Position numbers and translations under genes: made by a program
The notes under the pieces: model-generated
Database searches by the model: none
The model's input: the letters and a program-made list of their open reading frames with translations, nothing else
Told to the model about the DNA's origin: nothing
IMG/VR virus record: IMGVR_UViG_3300030846_000100
Coordinates: 1-64,000 of that record
Reading direction: 5' to 3' (one strand)
From: a virus
Lineage: Duplodnaviria > Caudoviricetes
DNA length: 64,000 nucleotides
Shown here: positions 29,336 through 36,705 of the stretch, one piece after another
How the letters are laid out: the number at the start of each line of letters is the position of its first letter
How positions within the stretch are numbered: position 1 is the first letter of the stretch

Positions 29336-30318
29336 TTTCTTCTTCCTTGCCTTTTCTTAAAAGTGACCAAAATTTTTCATTCTTGTAGTCGTCACCAATT
29401 ATACGTACAAGATTCATTCCTCGTTCATTGAACCAAATTTTTTGCTTGATATCAATCAACATTTTATAGTGTATCGTTCGATCTTGCTTTGTCTTGAACT
29501 CAGCAACCTCGATCAAATCTCTTAATTTCCCATTTACATCGTATCCATGCCAGTAACTGTCGTATTGAAAATACGTATCAATTGATTCAACGTAGAAATC
29601 AATTGACCAAACTTTATTCATCACAATTTGACGTTTAACATTGTCATTTCCAAAAATTTTACAAAGTTTTGAATGAACCTCATCTTCAATTCTTGATTTT
29701 CCGTAGGTTCCGTTTGTCTTCATGTTTTCATGACGACGTTGTGAAGCTAAATCATAATCGATTTTTGCTTGAATTTTTGCACTTTGCATCGGCCAGTCAA
29801 CACCAAGATTTTCATTGTTAGTTTTCTTTGATTTTTCAAGAAATTCGGGGCAACCCATGAATCGATCCACGCCGAATAGCTCCTGATTCGTCATCATGAT
29901 CTTTTCTTGAACTTGAATCGATTTAAACGGATGATCAACGCCGTATCGTTCAATCGAAGTCTTCTTCACTTTTCAAGATGATCGGGTAATTGTGAAACGT
30001 TTTTAACACCTTTTCGTTCAAGATAATTTCTTAGAGGTGCAAAATGATCTTTCGTCGCATTGATTAATTCACGCTGAACCGTTCCTGCCGAAAGTGGCGA
30101 TTTAGCTCCGTGGTTTTTAATACATGATCGTTCAATTGAGGCTCTTAGTTTTCCACCATTCTTGAATTCCTTTAAAAAACATTCACGTTTACAAAATGAA
30201 GTTTCTTATGACGATAAGAATACCTTTCACACTCATGTACAGTACCACAATCATCATTGTCACACACGAGAATCAACACATGTTTTTTCTCTCGTTTGAT
30301 GATTTCTTTAACCGACAT
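29325..30318 (-). pseudogene. Vsr-like homing endonuclease gene broken by two 1-nt deletions
   Basis: Three frames give MSVKE...KKLHF | CKRECF..GGKLR..SPLS...LEK | VKKTSIERYG...YWHG, colinear with 53006-53869; breaks at 30193-30196 and 29970-29973. Confidence 0.75.
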
Positions 30319-30359
30319 TACCTTCAAATCGTATTAACAGATCGAGCACATGTTTCATG

Positions 30360-31187
30360 TTAATCGGCGGTTGGCTCAATTGCTTGAAACGTTTTTTTCT
30401 CCTCGGGTGACATCATTCCAGCCGTCATCTTGTACCAAGGAGAGTTCGGTGCGTCTTTCTTGATCGCATTTACGATCTCATTTTCAATGTCGGGATTGAT
30501 TGTAGATTCGCGTCCTTCGTCATTCAACGGGGCATTCAAAGCGTCTGAAATTGTATCATGACCATCATCAACTTCATCGTAAACTTTGAAATTCGTTTTC
30601 TTCGTTGACTTCCCGTCGAAAGTCTTGTCAACGAATAGAATCGGTAACTCAACAATGATCTTTCTTCCATTCGAACGATCCACGACAAGGTAAAGGACGG
30701 ATGATTTACTATGATCTCGCCAGTGCGAATCTTTATGAGCCATTGAAATGCACCATTTCGTACCTGACCCATACATAATGCACGCTTGCCGCGTATCGAT
30801 CCTGTACACTGAAAAATTACCGATCGTGGTGATCAATGGTGCACCCCGTTGCTTCGTCTTTTGCTTGATTGAATTCTTTGTAGGTGAGATTTTCAATGCT
30901 TCTTTTCGAAGATCTTCAATATCTTTATACGAATTGATATCCTTACTTGAAAATGCATCTGGACGATCATGAAATGCTTTTGTCAACATGTACAATTGAT
31001 GTTCGGAAGATTTGTTTCCGAACATCTGTTTCGCCATCCAACGCAGATACTTGTTCTTTCCGGAGGGGTCATTTTTTGAAAGTCTGTCGATGATATCGAT
31101 TGAAGCCATTTCATCTTCGTACTTTTTTTTCACATCGTCAACGATGCCCTCAACAACCAACAAACGAATGCATTCACGTAGCAACAT
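30360..31187 (-). CDS. Protein with YG.GTKWC motif (PcfJ-like) and shared leader
   Basis: Start refined to MLLRECIRLLVVE at 31187; DPSGKNKYLRWM, ACIMYGSGTKWCIS. Confidence 0.7.
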   Translation of the reverse strand: MLLRECIRLLVVEGIVDDVKKKYEDEMASIDIIDRLSKNDPSGKNKYLRWMAKQMFGNKSSEHQLYMLTKAFHDRPDAFSSKDINSYKDIEDLRKEALKISPTKNSIKQKTKQRGAPLITTIGNFSVYRIDTRQACIMYGSGTKWCISMAHKDSHWRDHSKSSVLYLVVDRSNGRKIIVELPILFVDKTFDGKSTKKTNFKVYDEVDDGHDTISDALNAPLNDEGRESTINPDIENEIVNAIKKDAPNSPWYKMTAGMMSPEEKKTFQAIEPTAD

Positions 31188-31899
31188 AGTAGAACTTTCT
31201 AATAACTTTTCTCGTTCCACCGTAATCGTACAACACGACACGCCCGTCACGAGTCTTACCAAAATGGTCGGAATCGAATTCACCTGGATGCAAATCTTCA
31301 CGATCAACGAGATCACGAATTCCTTCGATGAATTCTGAAAATGCTTCAACATCTTGAGGCTCGTAATCCATCAATTCGTCGATTCCCTCGTCGTACTTTG
31401 TGATTCGTTTGATCAAAATTTCGATGTCAACTAATGATCTAGAAATCATTCCCTTTTCAGGCGGTTCGCTAATTTTTAGTGCTCTCGCCATTTGTGTATC
31501 ACCATCGAATTGATGAACTAAATCAGAAATGATCCATTTGAAAATAGGATCAGAATCGTACACCTTGACAACGACGTTCTTCAAACGAGGATTCTTGCTT
31601 ACTTCGACCTCGGCTTGATTTTGAGCCATTCCAGCCCCCGCATCACCTGATATCGTGTGACTTTTCATCTTCGCAATTTTCAACACCTTGATCGAGCTCA
31701 ACAAGTAAACGTTTCTTGAGCTTCCCCATCCAAGAACCTTTAAACGTGAATCTGCGTAGTCATTACATTCTTGCAACGTCGAAAGATTCTTGAACTCGTT
31801 CATTTTGAACTTCAACGTCTTTTTATCACCCGAATCGCTTCTGATTCGTTCGCTTAGGATGCGACGAATCAACCAACGTACATCGTTCAACGTTGACAT
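31174..31899 (-). CDS. Protein-kinase-like paralog (family K) with shared leader
   Basis: GWGSSR.VY, VLKIAK, QNQAE, WIISDLV, DL...HFG, VLYDYG. Confidence 0.75.
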   Translation of the reverse strand: MSTLNDVRWLIRRILSERIRSDSGDKKTLKFKMNEFKNLSTLQECNDYADSRLKVLGWGSSRNVYLLSSIKVLKIAKMKSHTISGDAGAGMAQNQAEVEVSKNPRLKNVVVKVYDSDPIFKWIISDLVHQFDGDTQMARALKISEPPEKGMISRSLVDIEILIKRITKYDEGIDELMDYEPQDVEAFSEFIEGIRDLVDREDLHPGEFDSDHFGKTRDGRVVLYDYGGTRKVIRKFYYVAT

Positions 31900-32150
31900 T
31901 ACTTCTTCGGCTTTCTCTTCTTTTTGACGGACGGGATTCCCATCTGCCCGGAATAACCTGCAATGCTTCCGCCGCCGCAGGAAGAGAATTCATCAAGGGC
32001 ATGATCATCTTTACGATCATCGATCTTGCGGTCAATCGTATCATCGTCCTCGGCCGCATCCTTCGGACTCATCAATTGCGTCGGAATCCGTGGATCCGTT
32101 TGACCTTCGACTAGAGCACGAACGAACCTACGAAGCAACGTTTTGTTCAT
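31899..32150 (-). CDS. Small protein with shared leader (probable head-associated)
   Basis: LLRRFVRALVE; LDEFSSCGGGSIAGY. Confidence 0.65.
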   Translation of the reverse strand: MNKTLLRRFVRALVEGQTDPRIPTQLMSPKDAAEDDDTIDRKIDDRKDDHALDEFSSCGGGSIAGYSGQMGIPSVKKKRKPKK

Positions 32151-32154
32151 GAAC

Positions 32155-32161
32155 TAAATAT
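32155..32161 (-). promoter_or_regulatory. Candidate late promoter ATATTTA
   Basis: 4 nt before ATG 32150. Confidence 0.5.
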
Positions 32162-32318
32162 GTTCACAGAACAACGTTGATTATTTTTTACCACGCGTCG
32201 TCTTTTGAACCTTCAAGCAACCATATTCCCAGAAGGAAAAGTATTGTAAACACGCCAAGAATAGAACCAAAGATCTTCAACCCCTCAAGGAGGTTCGCAA
32301 CTGACCAGAATTCAGTGA

Positions 32319-32606
32319 TCACTTGTCCTCCACGACCTTGATTCTTACACGTGGCATGTAACGGGGCGCATCTACGCAAAATTCAACCTCAACGACCGTG
32401 CAATGCTTGTGCATCTTCTTGTTGTTCACGAAGATCTTGTAACCCACTCGTGGCACATGTTCAAGCTTGTTGTTGACGTTCCAGTAGTTGCTCCAGTTAC
32501 CTACGCACCAAATCTCAGTAAGAATATGGTGTTTCCGAGGGCTGGTTCGTGCAATGATGACGATCATTGCAATGAACATGATCACCAACGCGACATTTGC
32601 AATCAC
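32319..32606 (-). CDS. Hypothetical protein with N-terminal TM helix
   Basis: Hydrophobic N-terminus; 95 aa. Confidence 0.55.
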   Translation of the reverse strand: MIANVALVIMFIAMIVIIARTSPRKHHILTEIWCVGNWSNYWNVNNKLEHVPRVGYKIFVNNKKMHKHCTVVEVEFCVDAPRYMPRVRIKVVEDK

Positions 32607-32766
32607 TTCGAATTCCTTTCAACGATTCGAAACACATGTTGCAACGGAAACTTTTGAACCTCACCATCATCGAGAAGAACGCAAAAAAGATCACCTTTTT
32701 GATACGTGTTCACCACGAATTCATGAATGATAGGTTGCGACTGCGTATAAAGATGAATCGTTACTG

Positions 32767-33378
32767 TCACTTCTCGTTCTCCTTTTCTTGAAGCATTGAC
32801 AAATAATCAGCGGTATGAACTATCGTCGCCAGCAACGGTTCCTTCGTCTTGTAAGGTTTATTTTCATCGGTATACTGCCCATCGGCGCACCTTAAAGAAC
32901 AGTATTCAGAATGTGAAAGAACCAAACCAAATTTTTGACATAGCCATAATGTACGATCAGGTGATGCTAAAAACGGGATCTTATCATTGATCTTATAAAG
33001 CTCACCTAGCTTTTCTTTGTGCCACTCACTCTCATTGGGAAGATAGTAAGGAATCAATGTTCCGTCATCGTTAACGTGACAAGTCTTACCAAGATCATGA
33101 AATAAGCACCCGATGATTAGACTTTCATCAGGAACATCATAATTGAATGTCTTTTTTAGTTTTAATGCGTTGCGAAGCACTCTCAAACTATGATCACATA
33201 ATCCTCCGACGCAACACATGTGATAGTGTTTTCTGCTTGAAGCAGGTGCGGTTGCAAGCACTTCACTGATCGTTTCAACGAGTTTCTTTGCAACCTCACT
33301 TCGATCACCAAGCTTGTCCAGGAACGAGCAGTACATGTTCCAGTTCTTTTCAATCTGTTCGGGCGTCAATTCACTCAT
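32767..33378 (-). CDS. HD-domain hydrolase
   Basis: H....GGL.DHSLRV, LFHDLGK, HTAD. Confidence 0.88.
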   Translation of the reverse strand: MSELTPEQIEKNWNMYCSFLDKLGDRSEVAKKLVETISEVLATAPASSRKHYHMCCVGGLCDHSLRVLRNALKLKKTFNYDVPDESLIIGCLFHDLGKTCHVNDDGTLIPYYLPNESEWHKEKLGELYKINDKIPFLASPDRTLWLCQKFGLVLSHSEYCSLRCADGQYTDENKPYKTKEPLLATIVHTADYLSMLQEKENEK

Positions 33379-33414
33379 ACGAATTAAACCCTACACAATG
33401 TCGTTCAAAAGTTC

Positions 33415-33421
33415 ATATTTA
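33415..33421 (+). promoter_or_regulatory. Candidate late promoter ATATTTA
   Basis: 8 nt before ATG 33430 of a solitary plus-strand leader-bearing gene. Confidence 0.5.
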
Positions 33422-33429
33422 TGGACGTG

Positions 33430-34092
33430 ATGAAAAACGACCACTTGCTTAAAAATTTCATCAGAAGTACTTTGATCGAAGCTGCGGTATCAATCGATCA
33501 AGCAAGTGGTCGTCTATTGGCGTTGAACGTTCTTGATCATGAGAAACAAACGACGTACGTGTTGTACGACCCATCGTTGATCATTTCGTACGATGAAAAT
33601 GATCTGTCATCGCTGCTTGATAAATCAATCGTAGCAACAATTTCCGTCAGAGATCCTAAAAAAGGTAACGCTTGGGGAGCTCGTGAGGTCATTGCATCCG
33701 CCGCACAAAAGGGATTTGGTCCGCTCATTTACGACATTGCAATGTCATGGGAGGGCGGACTCATACCTGATCGATTCAAGGTCAGCAGTCAAGCAAAGAA
33801 CGTCTGGAAAATTTACTTTCAACGACCCGACATTGAAAAGAAAAAACTTGACAATGTCGATGACCCAGATACACCACCTGATGTTGATGATGCGATCGTT
33901 CATGAAAAACAAGCAAATCCTCAACTAGATTACGCATACTTCATGCGTAACGATCTTTCAACCAACAAGCTTGTTCAAAACCATTCTTTGTTTGAGTCTG
34001 AGCTTCTGAAAAGAGGAATGCAATTCATGAAAATTCAACGTATGTTCGATGATGCATCCGCGAATTTCTTTGATAAAAAATTCTTTACTTAG
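33430..34092 (+). CDS. GNAT-like paralog (family A) with shared leader
   Basis: LLKNFIRSTLIE; AWGAREVIASAAQKGFGPLIYDIAM...PDR..VS..A..VW. Confidence 0.75.
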   Translation: MKNDHLLKNFIRSTLIEAAVSIDQASGRLLALNVLDHEKQTTYVLYDPSLIISYDENDLSSLLDKSIVATISVRDPKKGNAWGAREVIASAAQKGFGPLIYDIAMSWEGGLIPDRFKVSSQAKNVWKIYFQRPDIEKKKLDNVDDPDTPPDVDDAIVHEKQANPQLDYAYFMRNDLSTNKLVQNHSLFESELLKRGMQFMKIQRMFDDASANFFDKKFFT

Positions 34093-35342
34093 TACTCTGT
34101 GATTTTCACGGGATACTTGTTTCCCGCAATCTCAAAGCTTCTCAACGATTTCACGAACTCGTTCTCTGACGGGTGACAATCGACGAGCATCGCATCCACG
34201 ATCAGATACAATGGCTTGATACGTTTTCCTTCGAATGACTTGATCATCTGATCGAATCCCAGCATCGCAACGTCGGCACCCGATGATTGGCTCCACGAAT
34301 TCACGAACATCCTGTCGATCGGTACCTCGATCTCAACGAGACGTCCGAACTTGTTCGTGATGTGACCTTTTTCGTAGAACTCAGACTTTACGCGTTTCAG
34401 CAAGTTCTTGGTTTCAAAGTGATCCGTGATCACCGTCATGAACGTATCGATCGTCTCCATCGGAACATTGAGCAATTTCTGCAATGTATTCTTGCCCATT
34501 CCGTACAATTGAGCGATCACTGCTTGTTTGATCACGTTCTGCTCGCCCCGACCACCGAACAATTGTTCGTTCAGCTCACCGTATAAGTTGACGCTATTCG
34601 ATGTCTTGCCTGCTTCGTGCAACATGACACGAGGTTCGAGACTTGCAAAATCGAGCTCGATTATCTTGCCACCCTCGAACCTCGATTCGAGCAGCGATTT
34701 ACGATGTTCCTTCTTCAGGGTGAGTATCAGAGGACCTGATTCGACGGTCAACCGACCCGTTCTTGTTCCGAAACGATTGTAACGAATGTCGTTCGCGTAT
34801 CCCGCGGCGATGGGTTTGAACGTCTTGTTCGCACCAACGTTGCCGTCACCCGACGTTATCAAGCGTTCGTACTCCGCAACGTTCAACTTCGCCTTTTTCA
34901 AGGCACCGAGCACACGATTGCCTGCAAGCCAGATGTTCTGGTGGTAATCAATGATCGATGGTTTTTCGTTGCTCTGAGACGGTCTGGAAGAATTCTGCAG
35001 GATTGATTTTAGGATACTTGATGCATCGTCAATGATTCTTCTCGAGAACTTCTCGTGTATTGCACGTGGCATGCACCAACGCCAGGGTGGCGTTTCTCCC
35101 GGAAGTACGAACGAACTTATCGCCCTAGCAAATGCCTCGGGCGGTGTCAAGTCGATCGTCGATCCGTTCAAACGAGCAATTGAGTCAAAGCATTTATCGA
35201 TCAACTTCAACGAGCCGTTGAGGTACCAAGAATCATCGGGTACGTTGACAGACCACGAGTAGTTACCATCGCGGATGAGAAAATGCCTTGACGTTCCAAG
35301 AACGTTCTTGTCAATGCAAAGTGTAATGTTCAATAGGGTCAA
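34089..35342 (-). CDS. Family A DNA polymerase domain, stand-alone and divergent
   Basis: TRTGRLT, motif A LDFASLEPR, motif B KQAVIAQLYG, SQSSGADV, motif C IVDA; no exonuclease domain. Confidence 0.8.
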   Translation of the reverse strand: MTLLNITLCIDKNVLGTSRHFLIRDGNYSWSVNVPDDSWYLNGSLKLIDKCFDSIARLNGSTIDLTPPEAFARAISSFVLPGETPPWRWCMPRAIHEKFSRRIIDDASSILKSILQNSSRPSQSNEKPSIIDYHQNIWLAGNRVLGALKKAKLNVAEYERLITSGDGNVGANKTFKPIAAGYANDIRYNRFGTRTGRLTVESGPLILTLKKEHRKSLLESRFEGGKIIELDFASLEPRVMLHEAGKTSNSVNLYGELNEQLFGGRGEQNVIKQAVIAQLYGMGKNTLQKLLNVPMETIDTFMTVITDHFETKNLLKRVKSEFYEKGHITNKFGRLVEIEVPIDRMFVNSWSQSSGADVAMLGFDQMIKSFEGKRIKPLYLIVDAMLVDCHPSENEFVKSLRSFEIAGNKYPVKITEY

Positions 35343-35703
35343 GACCTAGTTGGTCCCTTAACGACGGTAGGGATGCGATGATTGTTTCACGACCGAACGG
35401 ATGAACGCATGAAACGCCATCTTTCCATCTTTGGACGGTTGGCTTCGAAATTTGTAGGAACACTGCGATCTCGACGTCGGCAATATCCTTCGTCAGGGAA
35501 GAGAATCTGATACGAAATTCGTTCTCCGACATGAAGTACTTCATGTTAATTTCAACGCCTGTAACAGTATCCTTGTATTTTGCCTTTGATGCGTACCTTT
35601 CTAGCAAAGATTGTTCGGAACGATTCTTACCTTTGTAATGCAAGCAAAAGCAGATTCCGATCGCACAGAATAGCACGATCATGCACAAAAGAAATAGCAT
35701 CAT
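35311..35703 (-). CDS. Membrane-anchored protein with possible C-terminal HTH
   Basis: N-terminal TM; IAVFLQISKPTVQRWKDG. Confidence 0.55.
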   Translation of the reverse strand: MMLFLLCMIVLFCAIGICFCLHYKGKNRSEQSLLERYASKAKYKDTVTGVEINMKYFMSENEFRIRFSSLTKDIADVEIAVFLQISKPTVQRWKDGVSCVHPFGRETIIASLPSLRDQLGLDPIEHYTLH

Positions 35704-35906
35704 TTCCCCTCATTCCCACTCTTTTGGAACCTTGATTCCCCGTTCATAAAATGATCTTTGACACGTTTACGATCCATTTCGTCGCCATAAAAGTACTTCG
35801 AAACGAATGCAATGATAATGAGTGACCACCAAACAATCCAAGCAAGGAGAACGAGCCAGTTTTCTAGCGTTCCTTGCCATTGCCATTGAGGAAAAAGTTC
35901 ATTCAT
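35700..35906 (-). CDS. Small membrane protein
   Basis: Trp-rich TM helix; start refined to just after the tRNA. Confidence 0.5.
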   Translation of the reverse strand: MNELFPQWQWQGTLENWLVLLAWIVWWSLIIIAFVSKYFYGDEMDRKRVKDHFMNGESRFQKSGNEGK

Positions 35907-35911
35907 AAAAT

Positions 35912-35988
35912 TGGTCGGGGATGCTGGATTCGAACCAGCGATCTCTTGTCTCCAAAACAAGCGCGATACCAGGCTTCGCTAATCCCCG
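35912..35988 (-). tRNA. tRNA-Pro(TGG), CCA encoded
   Basis: Acceptor CGGGGAT/ATCCCCG, anticodon stem CTTGT/ACAAG with loop TTTGGAG, T-arm GCTGG-TTCGAAT-CCAGC. Confidence 0.95.
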
Positions 35989-35995
35989 AAAAGGT

Positions 35996-36082
35996 TGGTG
36001 GTGGAAGTCGGATTTGAATCAACAAGGCATTACGCAATCGATTTACAGTCGACCCTCGCTGCAATTACGAGACTATTCCACC
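35996..36082 (-). tRNA. tRNA-Tyr(GTA), class II, somewhat degenerate, CCA encoded
   Basis: Acceptor GGTGGAA/TTCCACC, loop CTGTAAA, long variable arm; T-stem GTTGA/CCGAC has a mismatch and the D-loop lacks GG. Confidence 0.75.
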
Positions 36083-36096
36083 CTCATGTTAGTAGA

Positions 36097-36318
36097 TTAC
36101 TGGCAGAGAAACGTCGTGCCGCTCCAGGCTGACTTGACGAACGTCTTTGTCACCCCGTTGCAGGTACAACATTGACCTGTAACACTTACGCTACTGATCT
36201 TGGTGCATGCAACCGGACACGGAACGCCCGCATCAACATTCACCACGGGCGGTGGCTCAATCACGACGGGAGCCGGTTTACAAGCAACAATTGCGAGACA
36301 CAAAATTAGGTACTTCAT
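36097..36318 (-). CDS. Small Cys-rich lipoprotein
   Basis: MKYLILCLAIVA-C lipobox-like; VDAG; six Cys in the C-terminal part. Confidence 0.65.
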   Translation of the reverse strand: MKYLILCLAIVACKPAPVVIEPPPVVNVDAGVPCPVACTKISSVSVTGQCCTCNGVTKTFVKSAWSGTTFLCQ

Positions 36319-36411
36319 TTTATTCCTTAAAGAGAGAATTTTCATTCTACCACTTCGATTAATTACGTACACACCAAAAGTTGATTACTTTCGTTGGGCC
36401 AAGAGCGGTCA

Positions 36412-36705
36412 ATGAAACGTTATCTTATATTTTGTCAAACATCGTATGAAGTTGCCGTTGTAAATTGGTTTAATGACAATAAAATTCAATTTGACTGGCA
36501 AATCAGATTTAAAATGCCTTCGGGACGCTCGTACATCGTTGACGCCTTGATTAAATCGGGAACTTTTGCAAATATTTACATTGAGATTAAAGGTTGGTGG
36601 CGGCATGAATCATCTCGTGAAAAATGGAAATGGTTTCAGGAAAATTACAAGAACTCTGAATTATGGGATCACGATAAATTGATACAACTTGGAATTCTCA
36701 CTTAG
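36412..36705 (+). CDS. PD-(D/E)xK nuclease domain (possibly a truncated homing endonuclease)
   Basis: YIVDALI...YIEIKGWW...KW..F; 97 aa with no DNA-binding domain. Confidence 0.65.
   Translation: MKRYLIFCQTSYEVAVVNWFNDNKIQFDWQIRFKMPSGRSYIVDALIKSGTFANIYIEIKGWWRHESSREKWKWFQENYKNSELWDHDKLIQLGILT

Noticed and set aside
15212-33378. Diaminopurine (Z-genome) pathway suggested by an HD hydrolase plus a MazG-like enzyme
   Set aside because: No PurZ in the window, the genes are not clustered, and a Dam methylase implies normal adenine.
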